A DNA stretch of 64,000 bases, from positions 351,994-415,993 of the forward strand of contig CAZSUC010000001.1 in the NCBI GenBank assembly GCA_964610055.1, read 5' to 3'. Below are positions 9,503-19,260 of the stretch, in pieces. Origin of the DNA: an uncultured Candidatus Saccharibacteria bacterium (GTDB lineage: Bacteria; Patescibacteriota; Andersenbacteria; UBA10190). A program made the position numbers and the translations under genes. Under the pieces are notes generated by a model, which did not search any database, was not told the DNA's origin, and saw only the letters and a list, made by a program, of their open reading frames with translations. Each line of letters begins with the position of its first letter. Position 1 is the stretch's first letter.

Positions 9503-11053
9503 ATGCGTTGGTTACCTCTCATTTACATTATTCTCCTCGGTGGCGTCTTAACCGGCGGCACTATTTGGGTTTATCTTAATCGCAACCCTGTCGCTGCTCC
9601 CGTCTCTGATACCCCTGTTACGACTTTCCAGACTGCCAGCCACCAAACTTCGTTGCGAGTAATTGCTCGGCTTACCGACAATACTTCCTCGCGCGCCGTT
9701 ACTTGTTATCAATCTCAATGCACCACTCAAGAATTTCCAGCCGATGTCTTTACTTATGCTGTTAATGATGGGGAAGCATGGTATTACTATCTTCCCACTC
9801 AAACTGTTACCAAGCATGCGCAAACTTCCGTTACTCCGCTGCCGCTTAATCTCAGCCAATTATCCGGCACTTTAGTCCGTACTGTTTCTGACGCTGATCC
9901 AGTCACTGTCATTGGCCCAACTGACTTAACCGCTCCGCGCGGTCTCTTTGTCAGTCCCGATAGTCAACAACTCGCTTTTTTCCGCGACAATATTCACGAC
10001 TCTTCTCAAAAATTAACTGAACTTTGGCTCTACAATTTTTCTTCCGGCAATGTTCAGCTCATTGGAGAAAACTATTACCAACCCGATATTCGTTCTAACG
10101 TCAGATGGAACAGCGCTTCTAATTACCTCTATTTCATCGGTGATAATGGGCCGCAATCGTCATCCCAGGATGATCTCGAACTTTTATTAGTTTCTACTGA
10201 GTCTCCCGGGACTAAAACGGCTTTCAGCCAAGTCCCTTGGGATGATCTGGTTGATAATTTTAATAATCTTCAAATCGATCTTTCCTCAGATGGGCAAAGC
10301 CTAGTGTATGTTGGCAAATCATTTTTAGGCGCGAGCATTCTTACTGTTATAACTCCCACCGGCACGCAAAAAACCACTATTCGCAGTGCCGTACCTTTTG
10401 TGCAATGGATTGAAGATGGGCGTCTCATATATGCCGTCCAAGATCAGCAAGGCTTCACTTTTTGGCAGCGCAGTTCTGATAACACCCACCGTTTTTTAGC
10501 GCGCCGTCCCGGTGCCGTCACTTCTGCTCGCAGCGACTTAAGCGGGGAATACGTCGTCTTCGCCGTTAATGAATCGCCCGGCATCACTCGCTTCTATTCC
10601 TTGCGTCTCGCTGACGGCACGGTTACCGATGAAGGTAAGATTGCTAACAACAACAGCGAGGTTAGTTTAGCCTATATCCGCCAGGAATTAAGCCTTGCGC
10701 AAGAAACAGCCACCACAACCGCTGCTTATGCTGATAATGAAATCGCCGCTTTTATTGACGCTAATCTTACCAACATTGCCGGTCTCGGCGCACAGCCTCG
10801 CCGTTTTATTCCCACTGATCTGATTAATAACTATTTTCTTGATTACTTGAACTCGCAGGGTCAAGAACAGCGAATTCTGCTGAAAATTAACGATATTCTA
10901 CATAATGAATGGGTTATTAAAGGCCGCTATACCCCTGTTAACGGAACCTGGCGCAAAACTCAAGGTGGGGGCATAGCTGACCCCAAACCCGTTCGTTTGT
11001 ATGAGTGGGAAGATTCTCTGCAGCAATGGATTCAAAAAGATCTCAAAATCTAA
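9503..11053 (+). CDS. membrane-anchored TolB-like beta-propeller protein
   Basis: N-terminal TM; repeats such as VSPDSQQLAF, WNSASNYLYF and LSSDGQSLVY. Confidence 0.7.
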   Translation: MRWLPLIYIILLGGVLTGGTIWVYLNRNPVAAPVSDTPVTTFQTASHQTSLRVIARLTDNTSSRAVTCYQSQCTTQEFPADVFTYAVNDGEAWYYYLPTQTVTKHAQTSVTPLPLNLSQLSGTLVRTVSDADPVTVIGPTDLTAPRGLFVSPDSQQLAFFRDNIHDSSQKLTELWLYNFSSGNVQLIGENYYQPDIRSNVRWNSASNYLYFIGDNGPQSSSQDDLELLLVSTESPGTKTAFSQVPWDDLVDNFNNLQIDLSSDGQSLVYVGKSFLGASILTVITPTGTQKTTIRSAVPFVQWIEDGRLIYAVQDQQGFTFWQRSSDNTHRFLARRPGAVTSARSDLSGEYVVFAVNESPGITRFYSLRLADGTVTDEGKIANNNSEVSLAYIRQELSLAQETATTTAAYADNEIAAFIDANLTNIAGLGAQPRRFIPTDLINNYFLDYLNSQGQEQRILLKINDILHNEWVIKGRYTPVNGTWRKTQGGGIADPKPVRLYEWEDSLQQWIQKDLKI

Positions 11054-11092
11054 TTTGCCAAAAATCCCAAAAAACCATATAGTATTCCCACT

Positions 11093-11257
11093 ATGAGTCA
11101 AGACACCATCATCCGCCTGCAGTGCAGCGTCTGCAAGCGCTACAACTACCAAACTCGCCGCAATTTACGCCGGCAGGACGGACATAAGTTAGAATTGGAA
11201 AAATTCTGCCCTCATTGCCGCCAACACCAAGTCCACAACGAAAAAGGCAAGAAATAG
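11093..11257 (+). CDS. rpmG: 50S ribosomal protein L33 (54 aa, absent from the ORF track)
   Basis: Manual translation: MSQDTIIRLQCSVCKRYNYQTRRN..KLELEKFCPHCRQHQVHNEKGKK*; followed by tRNA-Trp. Confidence 0.95.
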   Translation: MSQDTIIRLQCSVCKRYNYQTRRNLRRQDGHKLELEKFCPHCRQHQVHNEKGKK

Positions 11258-11314
11258 GGGACAGTCGGTTTCTGGTAAAAAACTAAAAAATAGCTATCAT
11301 AGAAAACACACCTT

Positions 11315-11388
11315 GGGGGTGTGGTCTAATGGTATGACAACGGTCTCCAAAACCGTTAGCGGGGGTTCGATTCCCTCCACCCCTGCCA
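11315..11388 (+). tRNA. tRNA-Trp(CCA)
   Basis: ACGGT-CTCCAAA-ACCGT anticodon arm, GGTTCGATTCC T arm, G73 and CCA. Confidence 0.95.
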
Positions 11389-11524
11389 AATTTCGTTTAG
11401 TCACTCGAAGTATTTTTATTAAACAGTATGATTCCAAACATTCCTGACGATATTCGTGCTGCCGGTTGGATGCCGAAGCGCTTAATCTCATCCGCCAACA
11501 ACTTGGACTGTAATTAAAAACGCT

Positions 11525-12160
11525 ATGCAAGTGCTTTACGAAGACAATCATCTAATTGCAGTTGAAAAAAAGCCTGGCCAACCTACGCAAGGAGACTCCA
11601 GCGGCACACTTTCGCTTTTAGATGAGGTCAAGCAATTTATCAAAGAACGTGATCAAAAACCAGGACAAGTTTTTCTTGGGCTTTTGCATCGTCTTGATAA
11701 GCCGGTTGGGGGAGTGGTGCTGTTCGCTAAAACCAGTAAAGGAGCTAGCCGTCTGTCCGCTCAAATCCGAGAACATCACTTTCTCAAACAGTACGAAGCT
11801 TTAATTGAAGGCCAACCGAATCATCATGGTCGTGTTGTGCAATGGCTTATAAAAAATCGCGGGCATAACACTGTTGTTGCCTATGATCATCCAGTCAAAA
11901 ACGCCATGTATGCTGAACTGACTTATCGCTGCCTTTCATCTGGAAAAATTTCTCGCGTCCTTGTGACACCTTTAACTGGCCGTCCTCATCAAATTCGCGT
12001 TGCTTTTGCTTCCTTGGGCCATCCTATTATTGGTGATAAAAAATACGGCGCTCGTGAATCTTATACCGACGGTATCGCTCTGCACGCTACCAGTATTACT
12101 TTTTTCCATCCTATTACGCGAGAAGAAGTTACTGTTACTTCGCCTTCACCCTTCAAGTAA
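11525..12160 (+). CDS. RluA-family RNA pseudouridine synthase
   Basis: HRLDKPVGG and TGRPHQIRV..GHPIIGDKKYG. Confidence 0.93.
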   Translation: MQVLYEDNHLIAVEKKPGQPTQGDSSGTLSLLDEVKQFIKERDQKPGQVFLGLLHRLDKPVGGVVLFAKTSKGASRLSAQIREHHFLKQYEALIEGQPNHHGRVVQWLIKNRGHNTVVAYDHPVKNAMYAELTYRCLSSGKISRVLVTPLTGRPHQIRVAFASLGHPIIGDKKYGARESYTDGIALHATSITFFHPITREEVTVTSPSPFK

Positions 12161-12169
12161 TATTTATTT

Positions 12170-12745
12170 ATGTCCTCTTCAGTCGCATTTATCACAACTA
12201 ATCCTCATAAATTTGCGGAAGTCGCTGACATCCTGGCTAACTATCCGCTAACTCTCGAGCATCTAAATCGTTCTTACCCTGAAGACCATGATGCCAGCAT
12301 GTCCGAAATTGCTCGCACCTCTGCTCAGAGCCTAGCGCTCGAACTTCAACGCCCAGTAATTTTAGAAGATACCGGCCTATTCTTCACTGCTTATCCTGGT
12401 TTTCCTGGCGCTTTACCTAAATTCGTCTTTAACACTTTAGGCTATGACGGCATTTTCAAACTTTTACAGGGAAGTGATCGTTCTGCTTATTTTGAAACTG
12501 TTGCCGGCTATTGTGAACCCGGACAAGAACCGCTTACTTTTACCGGACGCATGTCCGGCGTTATTACTGATCAAGTCTTTGATCTGGATCAAGATGCCAT
12601 GCCGTATGATCGTATTTTTATTCCCACCGGAGAAGCAGTTACTATTTCCAGTTTAACCATGGCGCAAAAAAATACTTTCTCGCAACGCGCCCAAGCTTTT
12701 CGGCAATTTGGAGAGTATATTAAAAAGACCTATGGAAATTCTTAG
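12170..12745 (+). CDS. Ham1/RdgB non-canonical purine NTP pyrophosphatase
   Basis: TTNPHKFAE, EDTGL, GFPG, YDRIF and SQRAQA. Confidence 0.9.
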   Translation: MSSSVAFITTNPHKFAEVADILANYPLTLEHLNRSYPEDHDASMSEIARTSAQSLALELQRPVILEDTGLFFTAYPGFPGALPKFVFNTLGYDGIFKLLQGSDRSAYFETVAGYCEPGQEPLTFTGRMSGVITDQVFDLDQDAMPYDRIFIPTGEAVTISSLTMAQKNTFSQRAQAFRQFGEYIKKTYGNS

Positions 12746-13763
12746 CAATATTCCTCTCGCTCCGCTCACAACCATCCGTTTAGGCGGATCCGCCCAGTAT
12801 TTTACTGAATGTACTTCGGTTGAAGATATTTCATCCGCTCTCGAATTTGCTACAGCTAATCATTTGCCCGTACATATTCTTTCCGGAGGCAGCAATACTA
12901 TTTTCCCTGACGCTGGTTTTCCTGGCCTGGTACTTAAAATTTCATTAACTGGCATTAATCATCGTTTGCATGATGATTGTGTTTATGTAACTGCTCAAGC
13001 CGGTGAGAATTGGGACGATTTTGTTGCTTATTGTGTCACACATGACTGGGTTGGTTTAGAAGCTCTTTCCGGGATTCCTGGTTACGTTGGCGCGACTCCA
13101 ATTCAAAATGTTGGCGCTTATGGTTGTAGCGTCGGTGATCTGATTACCAGTTTGCAAGTTTATGACACACAGACACATTCTCTGTCTGATCTCTCGGCCT
13201 CCGATTGTCAGTTTACTTATCGTTCTAGTCGCTTCAAAACCGATCCCACGCATCGCTATATCATTACTGCTGTTACTTTTGCTTTACATCCACACGGGCA
13301 GCCTCAGATCAAATATCCTGAATTGGCTGCTCGTTTATCTCGTGATGATCAGCTCACCGTCGCTCATGTCCGAGATACTGTTCTTTCTATTCGTGGTCTC
13401 AAAGGCATGACTACTAATCAAACAGTCGAGCTCCATTCTTGTGGCTCCTTCTTTACCAATCCTATTATCACTCTCGCTGAACTCGACGCTCTTCAAACGC
13501 GCTCATCTATTCCTATTCCTCACTACACTGAATCTGGCGAAAAAATTAAAGTTTCCGCTGCTTGGCTCATTGAACAAGCCGGCTTCACTAAAGGGGAGCG
13601 TCGTGGTGGTGTCGGGCTTTCACCGCATCACATTCTGGCACTTGTAAATTACAACGGCACTACTACTGAACTGCTTAATTTCGCTCAAGATATTATTCAA
13701 CGTGTCCAAACCAAATTCGGTATCACTTTAGAACCAGAACCGATAGTTGCTGGAGCTAAATAA
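12732..13763 (+). CDS. murB: UDP-N-acetylenolpyruvoylglucosamine reductase
   Basis: GGSN, GIPG.VGATPIQNVGAYG, YRSSRF, GSFFTNP, AAWLIEQAG and LEPE. Confidence 0.95.
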   Translation: MEILSNIPLAPLTTIRLGGSAQYFTECTSVEDISSALEFATANHLPVHILSGGSNTIFPDAGFPGLVLKISLTGINHRLHDDCVYVTAQAGENWDDFVAYCVTHDWVGLEALSGIPGYVGATPIQNVGAYGCSVGDLITSLQVYDTQTHSLSDLSASDCQFTYRSSRFKTDPTHRYIITAVTFALHPHGQPQIKYPELAARLSRDDQLTVAHVRDTVLSIRGLKGMTTNQTVELHSCGSFFTNPIITLAELDALQTRSSIPIPHYTESGEKIKVSAAWLIEQAGFTKGERRGGVGLSPHHILALVNYNGTTTELLNFAQDIIQRVQTKFGITLEPEPIVAGAK

Positions 13764-13764
13764 C

Positions 13765-14457
13765 CTAAGCTGGTTGCGGAGTTAATTTGGTTACGTTTGT
13801 TAATTCTCCTTTGATTAAAATACGTTGATTGGTTGTCCAAAGTGGCCAGCAAGCCATTAACGTTACCGTTGGCACTGGTCGATCCGAAGCAATCGTTAAT
13901 GACGGCGACGGCTTTACGATTTCTTTTTCCGTAATCTCATATGTGTATCTGGTACCGTTGTAATCCAGATGAATTACATTGCCTGGTTCCAAATCATTTA
14001 GTTTCAAAAATGCAAACCGGTATTTTCCTTTCCATGGTTCACCTGTACTATGCGCAGCGATAAAAGTATTCCCCAAATGCCCGGGCTCAATCCCGTTAGG
14101 GTATAGAGCTGCTCCATACGCTAATGTCGCTAAGATATCACTATCGTTCATGCTGTCACTCATAACTAAAGGCACATTCACTCCAATCGCCGGAATCCGA
14201 ATAAAGTTGCCTTCCTCCTCTTGGGTTAAGCCACTAAGAGCGGGATACAATTCTCGTGCCGGTACTGGTTCTGGCGTCGGTCTTTCTTCCGCCGGCCCTG
14301 CTAACGGCAGCTCCGGAATCTCAACTTGATCATCCTGGGTAATCAGCAAAGCCGCCGGCCACACCATGGAAATCAGCGTACCTACGCCAAATACCAGCAA
14401 GAAAACTGCCGCAAAGGTTCCGCTAAAAAGTCTCAAAGTTGTGCCAACATTAGACAT
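13765..14457 (-). CDS. sortase family protein
   Basis: N-terminal TM; GNTFIAAH (His), TLMAC (Cys) and downstream Arg (TNQR). Confidence 0.88.
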   Translation of the reverse strand: MSNVGTTLRLFSGTFAAVFLLVFGVGTLISMVWPAALLITQDDQVEIPELPLAGPAEERPTPEPVPARELYPALSGLTQEEEGNFIRIPAIGVNVPLVMSDSMNDSDILATLAYGAALYPNGIEPGHLGNTFIAAHSTGEPWKGKYRFAFLKLNDLEPGNVIHLDYNGTRYTYEITEKEIVKPSPSLTIASDRPVPTVTLMACWPLWTTNQRILIKGELTNVTKLTPQPA

Positions 14458-14563
14458 AATTTCACTCAAATTAGAACATTATATTGTAATTATATTCTCT
14501 TATAATGTCAAGTGAACTTTTTATCTCAAAACCTGTTACAATAATCATAATAATATCGGCCCT

Positions 14564-14746
14564 ATGAACCTCACTCAATTCATCACTGTTCTCGCCGGAG
14601 CATTTATTGTCGTCAGTATTCTTTTTCTTCTGCTTTTTTTCAGCGGATTTTGGGACGAAAAAACTGTTGAAGATTTAGAAAAAGATTATCCTGATTTTTT
14701 TGTTGAAACCACTGTTCTCGTTACCTCTCCGGTTAACACAAACTAA
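14564..14746 (+). CDS. small single-TM hypothetical protein
   Basis: 60-aa ORF with one TM; TACAAT -10-like box upstream. Confidence 0.55.
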   Translation: MNLTQFITVLAGAFIVVSILFLLLFFSGFWDEKTVEDLEKDYPDFFVETTVLVTSPVNTN

Positions 14747-14760
14747 ACCCCAGCATAACG

Positions 14761-14793
14761 AAACAACCGCTCCAAATTTGGAACGGTTGTTTT
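14761..14793. terminator. bidirectional terminator between the small TM gene and the histone gene
   Basis: AAACAACCG-c-TCCAA/TTGGA-a-CGGTTGTTT inverted repeat between convergent genes. Confidence 0.7.
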
Positions 14794-14817
14794 ATGAGAA
14801 TTAACTTCTCAACTCAA

Positions 14818-14997
14818 TTATACGTCGTAAGGCTTTACAGTTGCGCGCTTGTTACCTTGGGCGCGGCTAGCACCGGCGTTTAACATTTCCATCACCTTTT
14901 TGTTCAAAGCTGGAACTAAATCACTCGACATTTTTACGCCTTTACCTTTGAGGTAATTGCGAACCTTACTTGCTACTACTAATACTTCTTCTGCCAT
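14818..14997 (-). CDS. bacterial histone-fold protein (Bd0055/HMf-like), 59 aa, absent from the ORF track
   Basis: MAEEVLVVASKVRNYLKGKGVKMSSDLVPALNKKVMEMLNAGASRAQGNKRATVKPYDV*, with a histone RxTVxxxD motif, SD GAAGGAGGTG 5 nt before the ATG, and a terminator downstream. Confidence 0.88.
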   Translation of the reverse strand: MAEEVLVVASKVRNYLKGKGVKMSSDLVPALNKKVMEMLNAGASRAQGNKRATVKPYDV

Positions 14998-15032
14998 ATG
15001 TTACACCTCCTTCACTAAGCTTGAATTAATAA

Positions 15033-15110
15033 TTATCCACATTTAGCCTGGATTGTACCATTATGGGCTAAACCGGCTCAATTCGGCCTTTCCACAAGCG
15101 TTTATCCAAA
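15033..15110. promoter_or_regulatory. DnaA-box cluster upstream of the histone gene
   Basis: TTATCCACA (15033-15041, perfect), CTTTCCACA (15088-15096) and TTATCCAAA (15102-15110). Confidence 0.55.
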
Positions 15111-15132
15111 CTTGCTCTGCTGTCAAGCCGAT

Positions 15133-16578
15133 TTACCATAAAATCAACACTGCTGCCAAAACTAAAACTAGTGATGCATGCGCAATTAACGCTGGCCTTT
15201 GAATCCGAATATGAATAATTATTGCTAAACTTAAGAGAATTAAAACGATCACGAAGATTATCGTCGTCATAATTCTCACCGCTCGATTAAACTTAGCTGG
15301 CGTTGCTACGAAATCCTGATTAGTTTCATTGTTGTAAACCGGTGCCAGGGAAATCGTTTTAATTACGCTTTCATTACCCGCTTCATCAAACAAAGACAGT
15401 GTTAAGGATTCGTTACGGAAGGGGATTAACATTCGCTCCTCTTGCGTGAATTCATATGTTTCTGATTCGCTGCGCCAAATCGCCCGGATTGCACCATTGT
15501 CATCACTCCAGATCATCCACCACTGCGGATTATCCGTTTGTATCGTTAACATGAATTTTAATCCCGCCTCATCTATTCTCGGTCCGGTAGTATCTTTCGT
15601 CACAGTTACGGCCGCACTCGCCGGACTGGTATTACCAGCTGCATCTGTTGCTGTTGCTGTGAGTGTCACTAAACCATCCGGTATTTCGGCCAAAGTAATT
15701 TCTGTCACAGTAATCTTGTCTGTCAGCGCCGCAATTCTTTGTACAACCGTGTCGTTTGCTAAAACCTCCAGGGTAGTTCCAGCCTCTGCTTGGATCGAAA
15801 CTTGAGCTGTATCAGCAACGTTTTCGTTAGCTGTAATCACGGTTATCACCGGAGGTTCTGGCGGCGTAGTGTCCGCTGGTATTATAGTCGGTGTTACTGT
15901 TGGACTTGGTGAAGGCAGGGGAGTTGTGGTTGGCAGCACAATTGCTGGAGTTGGTGTTGTTGGTGAAACTGTAGTTGCTGGTGCCACCTGTGCTGTCGCT
16001 GTACTTGGTAAACCAAACATATGCACAACAATCGTTGATGTACCGCCTTGAAACTCGCCCGTAACCACCGCTACGCCTGTTTCAGTGTAACTGGATAACA
16101 ACATATTCTCTTTATGAGTTGGACTATTCATCCACGCTTGCACCACATCTTCTGCTTCCGTAAAATCAATCGCTAAATTTTCTCCCGCCACTTTATACGT
16201 ATATCCCACTTTATTCATCCAAAACCATGGTGTAATTCCTGATGGTGAAATATGGGAAAAATAGTCTTCTTGTAACATGTGCTCACCCTTTTGTTGTGCC
16301 GCACTGGTTAACTTGTCGTTTACTGTTAATGGCTCTAAGCCTGCTTCTACCCGCTCGGCATTAGTTAATTGCACGATCCTGGCTGCTGTAATTGTTGATA
16401 ATTCGGCTGTTTTCGGTAACAGAATAACAAACAATAAGGCTAGCAATTTTGTGCTAACTAATAATGCCGACACGATCGCCAAAGGCTTATGTCGTAATAG
16501 CTTGGGATGATAATTATTATCCGCATGCGGAATCACACATAGCCGTGCTGAATGTACGTATCTTGCCGTTACGCTCAT
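15133..16578 (-). CDS. CAP/SCP-domain surface protein with Ig-like domain and C-terminal TMs
   Basis: LTNAER, YFSH, AGENLA and WMNSPTHKENML; Pro/Thr linker; ATATDAAGN Ig-like repeat. Confidence 0.88.
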   Translation of the reverse strand: MSVTARYVHSARLCVIPHADNNYHPKLLRHKPLAIVSALLVSTKLLALLFVILLPKTAELSTITAARIVQLTNAERVEAGLEPLTVNDKLTSAAQQKGEHMLQEDYFSHISPSGITPWFWMNKVGYTYKVAGENLAIDFTEAEDVVQAWMNSPTHKENMLLSSYTETGVAVVTGEFQGGTSTIVVHMFGLPSTATAQVAPATTVSPTTPTPAIVLPTTTPLPSPSPTVTPTIIPADTTPPEPPVITVITANENVADTAQVSIQAEAGTTLEVLANDTVVQRIAALTDKITVTEITLAEIPDGLVTLTATATDAAGNTSPASAAVTVTKDTTGPRIDEAGLKFMLTIQTDNPQWWMIWSDDNGAIRAIWRSESETYEFTQEERMLIPFRNESLTLSLFDEAGNESVIKTISLAPVYNNETNQDFVATPAKFNRAVRIMTTIIFVIVLILLSLAIIIHIRIQRPALIAHASLVLVLAAVLILW

Positions 16579-16654
16579 GCCTTTTATTATGCGACACGTG
16601 CTTTGTTTTTAGAAATCCCTTGCTCATCATTGCAAAAGCGAATATTCTCCAAAT

Positions 16655-17725
16655 ATGAACATCGTCCTTATGGCTGGCGGCGGGGGAACTCGTCTTTGGC
16701 CCTTATCTCGATCTCACACTCCTAAACAATTTCTGGATTTTGGTACCAGCACCACTTTATTAGAACTAGCCTACCAACGCGCCGCTCGTATTGTCTCACC
16801 TGATCATATTTATCTCGCCACCCGCGTCGATTACGCTGATCGTAGTCGTCAGCTTTTGCCTAATATTCCCGCTGAGCGGATTTTTCTCGAGCCAGAAAAA
16901 CGCGACACCACCGCGGCTTTTGCTTCTGTTGCTTTGCGTTTGCGTCATGCTGGCCAAGGCCAAGAGCCGGTAATTTTCATGTGGTGCGATCATATTTTTA
17001 CTAACGAAGATGAATTCATCGGTGATCTTAAAAAAGTTTCTGATTTACTTGCTGCTCATCCTGAATCATTGCTCCTGTTAGGTCATGTACCGGTAACTCC
17101 GGAAACAACTCTCGGGTACATCGAATCTGATACACCAATTTCCGGATACGACGATGTCTTTAACGTGAAACAATTTCGCGAAAAACCAGACCGCGCCACC
17201 GCCGAACAATTTGTTGCTTCCGGCAATTTCTTTTGGAACCTGGGTTACTTTTCAACAACTCCTGATTATTTTATTCAAGCCTTATCTAAATTCGCCCCTG
17301 ATCTGACTCTTGTAATTTCTGCCTATGCCGATAGTTTAACGTCTGGTGATGAAGATAAAATTACAGCTGCATTTCATAACTTCCCTAAACTCTCTATCGA
17401 ATATACTTTAATTGAAAAATTGCCTCACATTATCGCTATCACTGGCAATTACGGTTGGAGCGATGTTGGTAACTGGAACATTGTTAAAGAAATTTTTGGT
17501 GATCTCGGTGTTAAAAGTTTAACCGGTGCCCCGCATCTCAACATTGGTTCAGAAAACACGTATATCTATAACGAAACCGACAAAGCTGTTACTTTGATTG
17601 GTATGAAAAACACGATTGTTGTTGTGACCAAAGACGCCATTCTGATTACTGACATTAACGAATCTTCGCGCGTTAAAGAAGCCGTCCAAAAACTTGAAGA
17701 ATCAGGCTCGAATCATCTCTTATGA
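16655..17725 (+). CDS. manC: mannose-1-phosphate guanylyltransferase
   Basis: MAGGGGTRLWPLSR..PKQF, EPEKRDT, FREKPD, SIEY and GWSDVG.W. Confidence 0.9.
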   Translation: MNIVLMAGGGGTRLWPLSRSHTPKQFLDFGTSTTLLELAYQRAARIVSPDHIYLATRVDYADRSRQLLPNIPAERIFLEPEKRDTTAAFASVALRLRHAGQGQEPVIFMWCDHIFTNEDEFIGDLKKVSDLLAAHPESLLLLGHVPVTPETTLGYIESDTPISGYDDVFNVKQFREKPDRATAEQFVASGNFFWNLGYFSTTPDYFIQALSKFAPDLTLVISAYADSLTSGDEDKITAAFHNFPKLSIEYTLIEKLPHIIAITGNYGWSDVGNWNIVKEIFGDLGVKSLTGAPHLNIGSENTYIYNETDKAVTLIGMKNTIVVVTKDAILITDINESSRVKEAVQKLEESGSNHLL

Positions 17726-18735
17726 TTAAGATTACTAACTGGAAGCGCTTTTTCGCTTTTCTGATTGGCTTAATCGTCCTGCTTAGCCTTTTTCTTTTCT
17801 TTCGCCCTTGGCAAAATACCACCATTAAACGCAGTGGTGAGTTTGTAATCGCTGACGGCGTTCCTGCTGGTACTGTCTGGTCGAATTTAGTTTCCCAAAA
17901 TTTTAGTGCGCACATTTTTCCTTGGCGTTATCTTGCTTGGAAAATGTCCGCTGCTTCACAACTTAAATCCGGTACTTATCACTTAAATGTTGGAGAGTCA
18001 GCCGCAGATGTTATCCATCGGTTTATTTCCGGCGATGTTATTCCCGATGAACTCTCCTTAGTTTTTCCCGAAGGTTTTACTTTAGATCAAATTGCCGCTC
18101 GCGCTGCGGCCAAAGGTATTGGCACCGCTGCTGATTTTAAAGCCGCGGCCAAGCCTAATGCCTATACTGACCGCTTTTCTTTTCTCACCGATATTCCGGC
18201 TGGCCGTGATTTAGAAGGTTATCTTTTTCCTGATACCTACCAAGTTTTTGCCGATGATGATCCCGACGCTCTCATCACTCGTATGTTAGCCAATTTCAAC
18301 ACGAAACTATCTGACGAATTACGAGCAGACATTGCTGCATCCGGTCGTTCGCTTGACCAAATTGTTATCATGGCCAGTATTGTCGAGCGGGAAGTACAAA
18401 CCGACGATGATATGGCGACTGTCGCCGGTATTCTTTGGAAACGCTTTGACGAAGGGATGGGCTTAGATGTTGATGCTACTGTTCGCTATGTCCTGGATAA
18501 ATGGGACGGTGCTCTGACTGTAACTGATTTAGCCACGGATTCGCTGTACAACACTCGCAAATACGCCGGTCTGCCGCCCGGACCCATTAGTAATCCCGGT
18601 TTGCGCGCTCTAACTGCTGCTATCCGTCCCGAATCTTCCAACTACTATTATTATCTTTCCGCTCCAGACGGAACCACCTACTTTGCTCGCACTAACGACG
18701 AGCATAACCAGAATAAAGCGCAGTATCTCAAATGA
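17722..18735 (+). CDS. mltG: endolytic transglycosylase MltG
   Basis: PEGFT, LEGYLFPDTY, ASIVERE and YNTRKYAGLPPGPISNPG. Confidence 0.95.
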   Translation: MIKITNWKRFFAFLIGLIVLLSLFLFFRPWQNTTIKRSGEFVIADGVPAGTVWSNLVSQNFSAHIFPWRYLAWKMSAASQLKSGTYHLNVGESAADVIHRFISGDVIPDELSLVFPEGFTLDQIAARAAAKGIGTAADFKAAAKPNAYTDRFSFLTDIPAGRDLEGYLFPDTYQVFADDDPDALITRMLANFNTKLSDELRADIAASGRSLDQIVIMASIVEREVQTDDDMATVAGILWKRFDEGMGLDVDATVRYVLDKWDGALTVTDLATDSLYNTRKYAGLPPGPISNPGLRALTAAIRPESSNYYYYLSAPDGTTYFARTNDEHNQNKAQYLK

Positions 18736-19181
18736 GTCTAAATCCCGCACGCAATTACTACACAGTCGTTATTTCTAGTTACGTTCTTTTCCAGCGTGAC
18801 AACCAAGTTTTGCTTGCTCGCCGCATCAATACTGGTTATCGCGATGGCGAATATGGTGTCCCGGCTGGGCATATTGAAAAAGACGAGTTTGCCACCGAAG
18901 CAGCTATCCGTGAAATCAAGGAAGAAGTCGGAGTAAGGATAAAACCAGGCGATCTACGAATCGCCCACATTATGCACCGACATTGCGGTGACCACGAACG
19001 CATTGACTTCTTTTTTACTGCTACGCAATGGGAAGGTGAAATTACTAATACCGAACCGGAAAAATGCGATGACTTGCGCTGGTTTGCCTGGGACAGTTTG
19101 CCAACCAACACTATTCATTACGTTCGCGCCGCCATTGAGCGTTGGCACCAAGGCCAGTTCTTTTCTGAATTTACCGAATAA
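18732..19181 (+). CDS. NUDIX hydrolase
   Basis: Nudix box GHIEKDEFATEAAIREIKEEVG; NTEPEKC. Confidence 0.93.
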   Translation: MSLNPARNYYTVVISSYVLFQRDNQVLLARRINTGYRDGEYGVPAGHIEKDEFATEAAIREIKEEVGVRIKPGDLRIAHIMHRHCGDHERIDFFFTATQWEGEITNTEPEKCDDLRWFAWDSLPTNTIHYVRAAIERWHQGQFFSEFTE

Positions 19182-19202
19182 AGCTCTAGTTCAAAAGTAA
19201 AA

Positions 19203-19239
19203 GAAAACGGAGATAGACTCTAATGAGTCTATCTCCGTT
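19203..19239. terminator. 15-bp perfect hairpin between convergent genes
   Basis: AACGGAGATAGACTC-TAAT-GAGTCTATCTCCGTT. Confidence 0.75.
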
Positions 19240-19260
19240 GTGACACCAAAGTTCCAAAGT

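Noticed and set aside
11315-11388. Archaeal identity in tRNA-Trp, parallel to tRNA-Tyr
   Set aside because: The discriminator is G73 with G1:U72, consistent with the bacterial type.
11428-11517. 29-aa ORF (MIPNIPDDIRAAGW...) where secE normally follows rpmG and tRNA-Trp
   Set aside because: It has no TM or SecE motif. It may be a gene remnant, but there is no support for calling it.
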